Source: Vicinamibacteria bacterium
GTDB taxonomy: Bacteria; Acidobacteriota; Vicinamibacteria; Fen-336
Assembly (NCBI GenBank): GCA_035715025.1
Contig: DASTLK010000464.1
Coordinates: 1-32,620, forward strand
DNA length: 32,620 bases
Direction: 5' to 3'
Shown: piece after piece, positions 18,771-27,731 of the stretch
Layout: every line of letters begins with the position of its first letter
How positions within the stretch are numbered: the stretch's first letter is position 1
The notes under the pieces: model-generated
Seen by the model: the letters and a program-made list of their open reading frames with translations, nothing else
Database searches by the model: none
Told to the model about the DNA's origin: nothing
Program-made: the position numbers and the translations under genes

Positions 18771-19544
18771 TTAGGTCTTTTCCTCGCCTCCGGGTTCCCC
18801 GCTGTCGTCCTCGATCCCGAGAGGCAGCTCACCCTGGGCGGCGTCTTCAGTGAGCGGGACCTCGACGGGCCGGGGCGCTTCGATCGCCCTCTTGAGACCG
18901 GCCACGTCGACTTCTTCGCCCAGCACTTCCGCGAACTCCTCGATCTTCGGCAGCTCGGCCAGGTCCTTGAGGCCGAAGTGGAGCAGGAACTGCTTGGTCG
19001 TCCCGTACAGCATCGGGCGGCCGACGACTTCCTTCCGGCCGGTGATCCGGATGAGGCGCTTCTCGAGCAGCGTCTTGAGCACGCCACCGGACTTCACGCC
19101 GCGCAAGTCGATGATCTCGGGCAGGGTCACCGGCTGCTTGTAGGCGATGACGGCGAGCGTCTCCAGCGCCTGGATGGACAGGCGCGTGGGCGTCCGTGGG
19201 TCGAGCAGCTCGCGGACCCAATCGTTGTACTCGGGACGCGTCGTGATCTGGTGGCCGCCCGCGACCTCGACGAGCTGCAGACCGCGGCCGTCGCGCGCGT
19301 AGTCCGCGCGGATCTCCGCGAGCGCCGCCTGCCACGCCTCCTTGGGCACGCCGCCCAGAACCTTGCCGATGTCGCGCGGTGTGAGCGGCTGGGGTGAAGC
19401 GAAGATCAGCGCCTCCAGCACCGCGCGGACCTCGTCGGGCGGAAGGACGGGCGCTTCGTCCGTGCCCATGCCCGTTCCCGTGCCCGTTCCCGTCTCCGTC
19501 TCCGTCCGTTTGGCGATTCCGTTCACGTCCGTGTCGTCTTGCAT
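18771..19544 (-). CDS. scpB: Segregation and condensation protein B
   Basis: LEALIFASPQPLT..., LSIQALETLAVIAYKQPVTLPEIIDLRGV... and GRKEVVGRPMLYGTTKQFLLHFGL are typical ScpB winged-helix repeats. The N-terminal 25 codons (..IAKRTETETGTGTGTG) lie in the hexamer repeat, so M26 (19469) is an alternative start. Confidence 0.9.
   Translation of the reverse strand: MQDDTDVNGIAKRTETETGTGTGTGMGTDEAPVLPPDEVRAVLEALIFASPQPLTPRDIGKVLGGVPKEAWQAALAEIRADYARDGRGLQLVEVAGGHQITTRPEYNDWVRELLDPRTPTRLSIQALETLAVIAYKQPVTLPEIIDLRGVKSGGVLKTLLEKRLIRITGRKEVVGRPMLYGTTKQFLLHFGLKDLAELPKIEEFAEVLGEEVDVAGLKRAIEAPRPVEVPLTEDAAQGELPLGIEDDSGEPGGEEKT
19493..19517. repeat. 25-nt exact copy of 16259-16283 (TCTCCGTCTCCGTCCGTTTGGCGAT)
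   Basis: Compared base by base. Same orientation. Mismatches flank both ends. Confidence 0.9.
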
Positions 19545-19550
19545 GTGTCC

Positions 19551-20438
19551 CTATGTCGTGGGAGCCGCGGCCACGTCGGGGCCGACGGGCCGGAACACCC
19601 GGATGGGTCCGAAGATCCCCCGTTGGTAGACCCGCACGCGCTTGAGGCGGATCAGCTCGAGCAGGGCCAGGAAGGTCACGATCATGTCCGCCTTGGTCTC
19701 CTGGGCCGCGAACAGCTCCAGGAAGTCCAGCGATTCGCCCTCGCGGAGGAGAACGAGGAGCTCTTCGATGCGCTGCTCGATGCTCTTGCCGCCGGAGGCG
19801 ACCTCGTGCGCGAGCAGCGTCCGCCGCCGCTCCAGCACCTCCTTGAACGCGCTGATGAGGTCGAAGAGGCCGGCCTCGAGCATCTCCTCGCCCGCGTCGT
19901 CGAAGGCGGGCAACACGGTGTCCGGCCGCGTCCAGGTGGCGGCACGGATCTGCGCCTGCTGGTGCAGGATGCCCGCCGCCTCCTTGTAGCGCTGGAACTC
20001 GAGCAGCCGCTGCACCAGGGCCTCGCGCGGGTCTTCCTGCTCGTCGTCGCCTTGCGCTTCGGTGGGGTCGACGGGCACCAGCATCTTCGACTTGATGTGG
20101 ATGAGGGTCGCCGCCATGACCATGAAATCGCCGGCCACGTCGAGGTTGAGCTCCTGCATGAGCTCCAGGTACTCCATGTAGGAGCGCGTGATGGGCGCGA
20201 TGGGAATGTCGTGGATGTCGATCTTGTCGCGCTTGATGAGGTAGAGCAGGAGATCGAGGGGGCCGTCGAACTCCGCGACGTGGATCCGCGGCACGTCCTT
20301 GGGCAGCGTGGACTCCATCCCGAGGGGCAGCTCGAGCTGGACGGCCCTCTCTTCGGCCGGCGCCGCGGGGGGCGCGGGCGATTCCGGCTCCGGAGACGGG
20401 TCCGTCGCGGACGCGGACCGGTCCCGCTCGTCGCTCAT
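19551..20438 (-). CDS. scpA: Segregation and condensation protein A (kleisin)
   Basis: 295 aa from ATG 20438 (MSDERD...). The FDGPLDLLLYLIKRDKIDIHDIPIAPIT motif is typical of ScpA. The ATG overlaps the trpS stop (ATGA). The track merges it into a longer shadow ORF (19551-21326). Confidence 0.9.
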   Translation of the reverse strand: MSDERDRSASATDPSPEPESPAPPAAPAEERAVQLELPLGMESTLPKDVPRIHVAEFDGPLDLLLYLIKRDKIDIHDIPIAPITRSYMEYLELMQELNLDVAGDFMVMAATLIHIKSKMLVPVDPTEAQGDDEQEDPREALVQRLLEFQRYKEAAGILHQQAQIRAATWTRPDTVLPAFDDAGEEMLEAGLFDLISAFKEVLERRRTLLAHEVASGGKSIEQRIEELLVLLREGESLDFLELFAAQETKADMIVTFLALLELIRLKRVRVYQRGIFGPIRVFRPVGPDVAAAPTT

Positions 20439-21433
20439 CGGATGGGGTACGCGATCTTCATCGCCGAACGCACCTCGTCCATGGTCGCACGTGCGACCTC
20501 GCGCGCGCGGTGCGATCCCGCCTGGAGGATGTCCCACACCGTGTCCGGCCGGGCCGCGAACTCGGGCCGCCGGGCATGGATCCCTTCCAGTCGCTGCAGC
20601 AGGTGATCGAGGAGCCGACCCTTGCAGTCCAGGCAGCCGATGCCGGCGGTGCGGCAGCCCTGCGCGGCCCACTCCTGGCTCTCTTTCGGCGAGAACGCCT
20701 TGTGGAGGTCGAAGACGGGGCAGATGTCCGGGTTGCCGGGATCGGTGCGGCGCTTGCGCGCGGGATCGGTGACCATCGGCTTGATCTTCTGGCGCACCAC
20801 CTCGGGCGGATCCTTGAGGAAGACCGCGTTGCCGTACGACTTCGACATCTTGCGGCCGTCCGTCCCGGGCACCCGCGGCACCTCGGTGAGCAGGGTCTTG
20901 GGCTCCGGGAACACGGGCCCGTAGAAGTGATTGAAGCGACGCACCACCTCGCGCGTCAGCTCGACGTGCGGAGCCTGGTCCTCGCCCACCGGGACCGCGT
21001 GCGCCTTGTAGATCATGATGTCCGCGCTCTGCAGCAGCGGATAGCCGAGGAAGCCGTAGGTGGAGAGGTCCTTCTCCGCGAGCTGGGTCTGCTGCTCCTT
21101 GTAGCTCGGCACGCGCTCGAGCCACGGCACGGGCACGATCATCGAGAGCAGCAGGTGCAGCTCCGCGTGCTCGGGCACGAGGCTCTGGACGAAGAGGGTC
21201 GAGCGCGTCGGGTCGAGCCCGGCGGCGAGCCAATCCGTGGCCACCTCCAGGACGTTCTCGCGCACGTCCTTGGGGTCGGCGTAGTCCGTGGTGAGCGCGT
21301 GCCAGTCCACGATCGCGAAGAAGCACTCGTAGGTGTCCATCAGGCGCACCCAGTTGTCGAGGGCGCCGGTCAGGTGGCCGATGTGCAGGGGGCCCGTGGG
21401 CCGCATCCCGGAGAGGATGCGCGGTCGCGTCAT
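20435..21433 (-). CDS. trpS: Tryptophan--tRNA ligase
   Basis: 332 aa. GMRPTGPLHIGHL (HIGH motif), KMSKSYGN (KMSKS motif) and GYPLLQSADI. Confidence 0.95.
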   Translation of the reverse strand: MTRPRILSGMRPTGPLHIGHLTGALDNWVRLMDTYECFFAIVDWHALTTDYADPKDVRENVLEVATDWLAAGLDPTRSTLFVQSLVPEHAELHLLLSMIVPVPWLERVPSYKEQQTQLAEKDLSTYGFLGYPLLQSADIMIYKAHAVPVGEDQAPHVELTREVVRRFNHFYGPVFPEPKTLLTEVPRVPGTDGRKMSKSYGNAVFLKDPPEVVRQKIKPMVTDPARKRRTDPGNPDICPVFDLHKAFSPKESQEWAAQGCRTAGIGCLDCKGRLLDHLLQRLEGIHARRPEFAARPDTVWDILQAGSHRAREVARATMDEVRSAMKIAYPIR

Positions 21434-22095
21434 CCCACCAGCCCGTAGAGGAGGCCGATGATGAGTCTCTCGACCGGATAGACGACGTAGCCGAACGCCC
21501 CGGAGATGAGCAGCAGCATCAGGATCATGAAGCCGTAGGGCCCGACGATGCGGTCATAGCGCTCCCCGAGGTCCCCCGGGAGCCCGAAGGACGCCACCTT
21601 GGAACCGTCGAGCGGAGGGATCGGGATCAGGTTGAATACGGCCAGCAGCACGTTCAGCTCGATGCCCCGTGTCACCAGGTGGAACAAGAAATCGTCCTCG
21701 CTCTGGACCAGGCGAAGCCGGAAGATCACGATGAGGATCCCGGTGAAGATCAAGGCCAGGATGAAATTCGACACCGGACCCGCCGCCGCCACCAGGATGT
21801 GGCCCTTGCGCATGCTGACGTCGCGCCGGAAGTTGGCCGGGTTGTAGGGCGTGGGCTTGGCCCAGCCCAGGAGCGGCACGCTCGTGAAGATCTGGATCAG
21901 CGGAAACAGCAGCGTCCCGATGGGATCGATGTGCACGATCGGGTTGAGGCTCACGCGGCCGAGGTTCTTGGCCGTGTCGTCCCCCAGCTTCCAGGCCATC
22001 CAGGCGTGCGCGGACTCGTGGAAGGACAGGCTGAAGAGAAGGACGACGTACGTGGTCAGGCCCAGTGCGATGTGTTGGGGAGTCAGATCGGACAA
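21430..22095 (-). CDS. Site-2 protease family zinc metalloprotease (peptidase M50)
   Basis: HESAHAW (HExxH) in a TM helix. LAVFNLIPIPPLDGSKV (NxxPxxxLDG). Multiple TM helices. TTG at 22095 with GGAGG upstream is preferred over the track ATG at 22248, which would overlap the upstream gene and add a shadow-like N-terminus. Confidence 0.85.
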   Translation of the reverse strand: MSDLTPQHIALGLTTYVVLLFSLSFHESAHAWMAWKLGDDTAKNLGRVSLNPIVHIDPIGTLLFPLIQIFTSVPLLGWAKPTPYNPANFRRDVSMRKGHILVAAAGPVSNFILALIFTGILIVIFRLRLVQSEDDFLFHLVTRGIELNVLLAVFNLIPIPPLDGSKVASFGLPGDLGERYDRIVGPYGFMILMLLLISGAFGYVVYPVERLIIGLLYGLVG

Positions 22096-22151
22096 CCGGC
22101 CTCCGGAGGAACCCCGGATGGTAGCACAGGGCCCGTGGACGGCCGGTCGTG

Positions 22152-22493
22152 CTACGCCATCGGTCGGGCCATCTGGACCTCGGCCGTCGTCGCGGAAGTG
22201 TGCGGGCGATGCGGCCCACTGCCATCGCTCTTCTTGACACGGAGCCACCCGTGTTGGATGAGACTGGTCAGGGCCTGGCGACAGCGCCCGTTGAGGTCCG
22301 CGCCGGGCTCGCCGACTTCGAGCGTGACCGAGAACGTGAGCGCGCCCCGGCTGGAGACGAGGTCGAGGAACCGGCCGAGGTCGCGCGGCGGCGCCGCCGC
22401 GTCCCCGTCGCGCAAGGCTTCGAGCACCTGGCGGGGCGACGAGCCCTCGACCTCACGGCCGTCGAGGTACACGAACGAGAGACTTCTGCTCAT
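22152..22493 (-). CDS. Hypothetical protein (113 aa)
   Basis: ATG at 22493 is preceded by GGAGGAAG. High GC3. No motif recognised (MSRSLSFVYLDGREVEGSSPRQVLEALRDG...). Confidence 0.55.
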   Translation of the reverse strand: MSRSLSFVYLDGREVEGSSPRQVLEALRDGDAAAPPRDLGRFLDLVSSRGALTFSVTLEVGEPGADLNGRCRQALTSLIQHGWLRVKKSDGSGPHRPHTSATTAEVQMARPMA

Positions 22494-22603
22494 GAGACTT
22501 CCTCCGCGGGCTCGACCTTGCAACGGCCGTGCGCGCGGAGCCGCGCCGGCAACCCCTGGGGAATCAGACCGGACGAGGTGGCAATGCGGCAGGCCTCCCG
22601 ATC

Positions 22604-22627
22604 GATCGGGCGGGTTTCCGCCCGATC
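22604..22627 (-). terminator. 10-bp perfect stem-loop downstream of tRNA-Leu
   Basis: On the minus strand, GATCGGGCGG-AAAC-CCGCCCGATC starts 28 nt after the tRNA 3' end. There is no U-tract. Confidence 0.4.
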
Positions 22628-22654
22628 CGAACGATGCGCTCAGGAGGCCAGGGT

Positions 22655-22739
22655 TGGTGCCGGAGGCGGGACTCGAACCCGCATGGGTTTCCCCACACGC
22701 CCCTCAAACGTGCGTGTCTGCCAATTCCACCACTCCGGC
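22655..22739 (-). tRNA. tRNA-Leu (anticodon GAG), type II with long variable arm, CCA encoded
   Basis: Minus-strand sequence GCCGGAG-TG-GTGGAATTGGCAGACAC-G-CACGT-TTGAGGG-GCGTG-TGGGGAAACCCAT-GCGGG-TTCGAGT-CCCGC-CTCCGGC-A-CCA. The 7-bp acceptor, T-loop TTCGAGT and anticodon loop T-T-GAG-G-G were folded by hand. Confidence 0.9.
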
Positions 22740-22764
22740 AGCGGGGGTGGACGAACTTTTGATT

Positions 22765-25131
22765 CTAGAGAGCGCTCCCGGCAGTGTCAAACGTCTCGTG
22801 CCCCTGGGACGTGAGCGCGATCGCGAGGAGGGCGATGGGAGCGACCACGTCGTCGGGCGCCGCGCTCGGGGCGAGCCAGAGGGCGATCATGAGGATCGCG
22901 GCGACCCCGCCAAGCAGCCGGGGAGCGTCCAAGGGCCCACGCCGCGAGGCGACGAGAGCGGCGCTCGCACCCACGAGGATGAGCACCGGAGCGACCAGGT
23001 CGGGCGTGCCCGGCGTCGCACCCGCATACAGGCGCAGACTCGAGAGGCCGAGGCTGGGCCCCAGCGATGTCGCGGACGCGCCGCCGACGAGTCTCGCCGC
23101 CGCGCCGATGGCGACGATCACAACGATCGCGCGTGCGATCGCCGACTCCGGCGGGAGGTGTGCGAATCGGGCGACGACGAACGCGGCGCCCAGGACCAGC
23201 GCCAACATCACGAGACTGCCGGAGCCGAAGACCGCGCCGACGATGGCCGGAGGCAAGGCGACGGACGCCGCAACCCGGTCGAGCGCGGTCGCGCGAGGTC
23301 CGGCGCGTGCGATCAGCACCGCGACCAGGGCCAGGGCCAGGAGCGCGAGGACACGAGGATCACGGACGCCGAGCGCGCCAAACGCGCGTGCGACCGCGCG
23401 CGCCCCGAGGACGGGCGCCGGCGCGGGCGTCAGGCCGGGCGGGTCCTTGCGGAAGCTCACGCTCCAGGCTTCGCGAAGGGCCGGACGCGCGCCGTCGCTC
23501 TCGGGCCACACTGCGGCCGCCCAGGCATCCTGGACGCGCGGCGTGCCGCTCAGCCGGCCGACCGTCATCACGATCCAGGTCGGCACCACCGCCAGGACGA
23601 CGAGGGCCAGCGCGAATACCGCGGCCCGGGCCCGCGGCCGCATGCGCAGGGCTCCGCCGACGAGCAATGCGATCCCGAGTCCGCACGCGATCGCGCTGAA
23701 GAGCAGGCCCAGCGGATCGCGCGTGAGCGAAGGGCCGGCACGCGGGGCGAGGGCGTGCACCCAGCCCGTCGCATCAGGCCAGCGCGCGGCCAACGCGTCC
23801 GCCCATGTGGTCGCGAAGATCTCGCCCTCCGCGATCTCGACTCCGAGCGCGAGAAGGGCCAGTCCCCCGATCAGCGCATCCGTGGTCAGCGCGGCTCCGC
23901 CGGCCACCGCCGCGGGCAGGAGCACGGCGGCCAGGATCAAGTAGTTCGGATGCATCACCCGCGACACGTAGAGGGACAGCACGAGGGCCGCGCTGCCCGT
24001 GACGAGAGCGTCCGCGGCCCCGCCGCGCCGGAGCTGCTCGCGCAGCAGCCACACCCCGATGGGGACGAGAAGGAGGTACAGGCCTCCGAGAGGGACGTAG
24101 TCGCGCAGATTCGTGACGGCGCCGAAGTACACGATGAAGTTCGCGAAGCCCAGGCCTGGCGTGCCCCCCAGCGGATAGTTGTCGCCGCCGGGCAACCCCG
24201 CGTTGTAGCGGACGATGTCGCCCCAGAAGGCACGCAGATCGAGTGCGGCCACGGGCGCCACCACGATCAGGAACACCGCGGCCGCGATCCCCGCGGCGCG
24301 GGAGAGCCGGCCCCGCGCGGGCGCGGAGGCGAGCTCGCCCAGGGTGCGCGCGCCCGAGAGATGCGCGAGCAGGAATGGCGCGAACGGCCAGGCGAGCTGC
24401 TTGGTCGCGCAGGCCAGGCCGAGCACGGCCGCCGCCATGTCCGCGCGCGACGCGCGGGCCAGATGCACGGCCCCGAGCAGGAGCACGGCGACGAGGAGGT
24501 CGTTGGCCCCGAAGATCTGCTGCCAGTACACGAGGGGGCTGACCCACACCGCGGCCGCCGCGGCCAGCCCGAGGGCGGGCGACGAGGCGAGGCGAAAGGC
24601 CAGGATCCCTGCCCCCGCGAACGCGAGCAGCGTCACCAGGCGCGGATCGAACACGCCGATCGTGGCGCGCGCGAGCGGGACGAAGGGCATCATCAAGAGG
24701 TGCGTGCCGGGCAGGTACGCGTGGTGATGGAGGATCGGGTTGCCGCCGTGCTCGGTCCAGAAGTCGGACACGCGCGCCTGGCGGCCGAGCATGCTGTCCG
24801 AATAGTCCGCGCCGTACGGACTCTGGCCGGACAGGATGCGGTCGATCGCGAGCGGGAGCTGCACCACGCCGCCGTCCTGCCCGTAGGGCCGTCCCGTGAC
24901 CGCCCCCATGGCGACGAACGCGGCCGTGGGCAACGCGACCAGCAGCACGGCGGCCACCGCCAGCAGCGCCATCCGCGCCCGTGGACGCGCGCCCGCCAGC
25001 GCCGCCACCAGATAGAGGATGGCGAGCCCGGCCGCCAGCGCGGCCAGGGCGAGGGCGATGGGATCGCGGTCGAGCGCCCCCGACGGGCGGGGCAGGAGCG
25101 GACCCCAACCGGCGGCGCGGGCGGCGAGCAC
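22765..25131 (-). CDS. Large polytopic membrane protein, GT-C-fold glycosyltransferase-like (DUF2029/PMT-like), putative
   Basis: 788 aa with more than 15 hydrophobic helices and an acidic first loop (YGQDGG..., PYGADYSD). No soluble catalytic motifs. The family assignment is by general resemblance only. Confidence 0.5.
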   Translation of the reverse strand: MLAARAAGWGPLLPRPSGALDRDPIALALAALAAGLAILYLVAALAGARPRARMALLAVAAVLLVALPTAAFVAMGAVTGRPYGQDGGVVQLPLAIDRILSGQSPYGADYSDSMLGRQARVSDFWTEHGGNPILHHHAYLPGTHLLMMPFVPLARATIGVFDPRLVTLLAFAGAGILAFRLASSPALGLAAAAAVWVSPLVYWQQIFGANDLLVAVLLLGAVHLARASRADMAAAVLGLACATKQLAWPFAPFLLAHLSGARTLGELASAPARGRLSRAAGIAAAVFLIVVAPVAALDLRAFWGDIVRYNAGLPGGDNYPLGGTPGLGFANFIVYFGAVTNLRDYVPLGGLYLLLVPIGVWLLREQLRRGGAADALVTGSAALVLSLYVSRVMHPNYLILAAVLLPAAVAGGAALTTDALIGGLALLALGVEIAEGEIFATTWADALAARWPDATGWVHALAPRAGPSLTRDPLGLLFSAIACGLGIALLVGGALRMRPRARAAVFALALVVLAVVPTWIVMTVGRLSGTPRVQDAWAAAVWPESDGARPALREAWSVSFRKDPPGLTPAPAPVLGARAVARAFGALGVRDPRVLALLALALVAVLIARAGPRATALDRVAASVALPPAIVGAVFGSGSLVMLALVLGAAFVVARFAHLPPESAIARAIVVIVAIGAAARLVGGASATSLGPSLGLSSLRLYAGATPGTPDLVAPVLILVGASAALVASRRGPLDAPRLLGGVAAILMIALWLAPSAAPDDVVAPIALLAIALTSQGHETFDTAGSAL

Positions 25132-25260
25132 GTCGTCGTGCAGGAGCCGCCAGCCGAGAACGCGCGGCGGGTCGTAGGCGGCGAGATGTCGGGCGGTGAG
25201 GAGGAGGAGAGCGGGGACGACGGCGCCGTCGACGGGAAGACGCGGCGGTCGGCCGCCCAG

Positions 25261-25455
25261 CTACTTCCCGCCCGCGGGAGGCGGCGGGATGCGGGCGCCG
25301 CACGCGCAGACGATGCTGCGCGTCCGCCATTCGATGCGCAGGAGCCGCCCGCAGGCCGTGCAGCCGAGGTACGTGCCCGAAGGACGGGCGGGCGACGCCA
25401 CGCGCGGCGATGCGGCACGAGGAGATGCGGCCCGAGCCGGCAGCTTCATGGTCAC
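25261..25455 (-). CDS. Small zinc-ribbon-like ORF (62-64 aa)
   Basis: CTAC-x16-CAC cysteine pairs (..YLGCTACGRLLRIEWRTRSIVCACGARI..). GC3 is fairly high. GTG at 25455 or ATG at 25449, the latter preceded by GGGGG. It lies between the two GT-C-like genes. Confidence 0.35.
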   Translation of the reverse strand: MTMKLPARAASPRAASPRVASPARPSGTYLGCTACGRLLRIEWRTRSIVCACGARIPPPPAGGK

Positions 25456-25544
25456 CCCCGACGAGGAATCAGCTTACGCCCCGCCGCCGGAAGGGGCAAG
25501 GGCGCGCATCACACGCCGCGCTCGCGGGATCGCCTCCGTTTCCC

Positions 25545-27731
25545 TCACGGTGAAGGCGACGCGGCCGGCGCGTACACGTGGATCTCGCGGATGCTCCAGG
25601 GCGGCGCGCCGTCTTCGGTCCGAGCGATGGACAGCCGGAGGCCGTCGACCTCCGCCGGACGCAGGCTGTACCGAAGGCGCGCGCCCACCGGATCGGCGAT
25701 CAGTTGCCGAAGCAGGCGAATCTCGTATCCCGTGTCCGGCAGCGGCCCCATGCGCCAGGTCTCGGACCCGCGCCGGCCGGTGATCTCGAGGTCGCGCGCG
25801 AACTCGCCGTAGGGATGGGCCATCTCGATCTCCACGCGCGCGACAAGGGCCGGCCGATCCAGCTGGACGTCGAACCACATCCCCCGCTGCTGCGGATCCT
25901 GCGAGGTCCAGCGCGTCCGCAACATGCCGTCCGTGGCCAGATCGGCCCGCGTGCCCCCGCTGGCCTCCACCCGATAGTGCCGCCGATCGACCTCGCGACA
26001 CTCGCACTCGCGCGGCGGCGGATCCTCTCCGTGCGCGGCCACCATGCGCACCTCTTCCGCGCCGAGGCCGTAGTGGTCCCAGCCCGGCTCGGCGCGATCG
26101 GGAAACCGCGCGAGGAGCGGCAAGGCATCCTCGCGCTCCGCGAGCCCGCGCTCGAACTTCTCCCTCGCGTCGCCCCATCGCTTGGGATGGACGACCACGA
26201 GCCGAATCCCCATCGCGCGGAGGAGGGCGACCGAGCGGTCATCGGGAAAGTCGCGCAGGTCCCAGAGGAGGAGCTCCAGCGCCGGAGGAAAGAAGCTGGG
26301 CCAACCCGTCAGGATCGGCTTGCCGTGCACGGTCGAGAAGTACACATCGAGGGCCATGAAACGGTACAGCCAGGCCGGCCGCGGCGGCAGGTCGGCGACG
26401 GGCTCCGCGCCCGGCCGCTCGCCCAGCCATCGATAGGCCTCGGGCACGCTGGCCCCCACGGGAACGGGCCCTCCCGAGGTGCGCTCGAGCGACCAATGCT
26501 CGGCCGCGACGAGGAGAGCGAGCACCCCTCCCAGGGCGATCCGCGCGCGGCCAGCCAGACCGCGGGCCAGCGCGGCGACGCCGGCCGCGGCGAACAGGCT
26601 CACGCTGAAGAGAACGAGGACGGCCAGGCGCCGCGGCTCGCGGAGCTGCGAAAAGGGCTGCACGCCCTGAAGGAGAGCGTAGGGCCCCACTGCGACGTGC
26701 GCGCCGCGCCAGCGGACGTCGACACCCGCCGAGAGGACCGCGGCCGCGAGGCCGATCAGGAGCCACGCGATCCAGAACGGCCGCGCCTTCCGGTCTCGCC
26801 CCGCGGGAAGCACGGCGGCGATCCCGACCGCGCCCAGGCCGAGCGCGGCGTAGCCGAGGAAGTAGTCGAGATAGAACCCGGCCGGCCGCAGCCGGTCGCC
26901 GAGCGCGCCGTACACGAAGCTGCCCGTCGGCGGAGTGAGATACAGGAACAGATCGAACGGCCTCACCTCGGGGGAGGAGAAGCCGTAGCGGTGGAACAAG
27001 CGCAGGTACGGAATGGCGAGCAGGCCGATGACGGCGGCGATGAACAGCCCGGAGGCCACGAGGGCGGCCAGCACCGCCGGCCGGCGCCACGCACGTGTCG
27101 CCCAGGCGTAGACGGGCACGATCACGGCGAGAACGAGCAGGTAGAACGTCAGGTAGTAGAGGCACGACAGGCCGTGCAGGACCGAGAACAGCGCAAATGG
27201 AGCCGCCCAGCGGAGGTCGGCGCGCATGAAGAGACGATGCAGGGCCAGGAGCGCGAGCGGCAGCCAGCCGAGGCTCGCCATCTGGGGACGCGCCACGTTC
27301 GCCGCCGCGTAGGCGTTGAAGGCATACAGCACCGCGCCCACCGCGGCCGCGGAGTCGCTCTCCACCCACTCGCGCGCGTACAAGTGAAAGGCGAACGCGC
27401 TCAGCGCGAAGGTGGCGATGGTGACGAGATTGAGCGCGAGCACGGGTTCGAGGAAGTGAAAGAGCGGCCACCCCAGCACGGACTGCGCGAGCAGGGGCTC
27501 CTGGTAGAGGAGCCCGTCCGGATGGGGGAAGTACGCGTTGGCGGCGAAGATCCCGGGCCAGCCCCGCCAGAGGTTCCCGGACGTCCACCAGGCCACCCAC
27601 GTCTCCATGTAGGCGTCGCCCTGGTCGGCGATGCGCGTCGCGGGGTGCAGGCTCAGCGGCGCCAGCCGGACGAAGGCGGCTGCGAGGTAGACCGCCGCCC
27701 AGAGGGCGTCTCGCCGAAAGCGAGAGATCAC
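25545..27731 (-). CDS. Polytopic membrane protein (GT-C-like N-terminal half) with a C-terminal F5/8 type C (discoidin/galactose-binding-like) domain
   Basis: 728 aa. The N-terminal approximately 430 aa are multi-TM with an acidic first loop (IADQGDAYMETW). The C-terminus has ATDGMLRTRWTSQDPQQRGMWFDVQLDRPALVARVEIEM..., typical of discoidin domains. Its GTG start overlaps the MFS stop (GTGA). Confidence 0.6.
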   Translation of the reverse strand: MISRFRRDALWAAVYLAAAFVRLAPLSLHPATRIADQGDAYMETWVAWWTSGNLWRGWPGIFAANAYFPHPDGLLYQEPLLAQSVLGWPLFHFLEPVLALNLVTIATFALSAFAFHLYAREWVESDSAAAVGAVLYAFNAYAAANVARPQMASLGWLPLALLALHRLFMRADLRWAAPFALFSVLHGLSCLYYLTFYLLVLAVIVPVYAWATRAWRRPAVLAALVASGLFIAAVIGLLAIPYLRLFHRYGFSSPEVRPFDLFLYLTPPTGSFVYGALGDRLRPAGFYLDYFLGYAALGLGAVGIAAVLPAGRDRKARPFWIAWLLIGLAAAVLSAGVDVRWRGAHVAVGPYALLQGVQPFSQLREPRRLAVLVLFSVSLFAAAGVAALARGLAGRARIALGGVLALLVAAEHWSLERTSGGPVPVGASVPEAYRWLGERPGAEPVADLPPRPAWLYRFMALDVYFSTVHGKPILTGWPSFFPPALELLLWDLRDFPDDRSVALLRAMGIRLVVVHPKRWGDAREKFERGLAEREDALPLLARFPDRAEPGWDHYGLGAEEVRMVAAHGEDPPPRECECREVDRRHYRVEASGGTRADLATDGMLRTRWTSQDPQQRGMWFDVQLDRPALVARVEIEMAHPYGEFARDLEITGRRGSETWRMGPLPDTGYEIRLLRQLIADPVGARLRYSLRPAEVDGLRLSIARTEDGAPPWSIREIHVYAPAASPSP

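Noticed and set aside
22494-22764. tRNA-Leu as the attachment site of a genomic island.
   Set aside because: There is no integrase, no visible direct repeat of the tRNA 3' end in the window, and housekeeping genes (M50, trpS, scpAB) follow on the 3' side.
21679-25812. 1377-aa plus-strand ORF, plus other very long ORFs such as 7370-9832 (+), 6174-8282 (-), 30372-32534 (-), 15023-16180 (-), 17435-19087 (-) and 3420-5141 (+).
   Set aside because: They are Arg/Gly/Pro/Ala-dominated low-complexity translations lying antisense to, or out of frame with, genes that carry clear family motifs. These are typical stop-codon-poor shadow frames of very GC-rich DNA.
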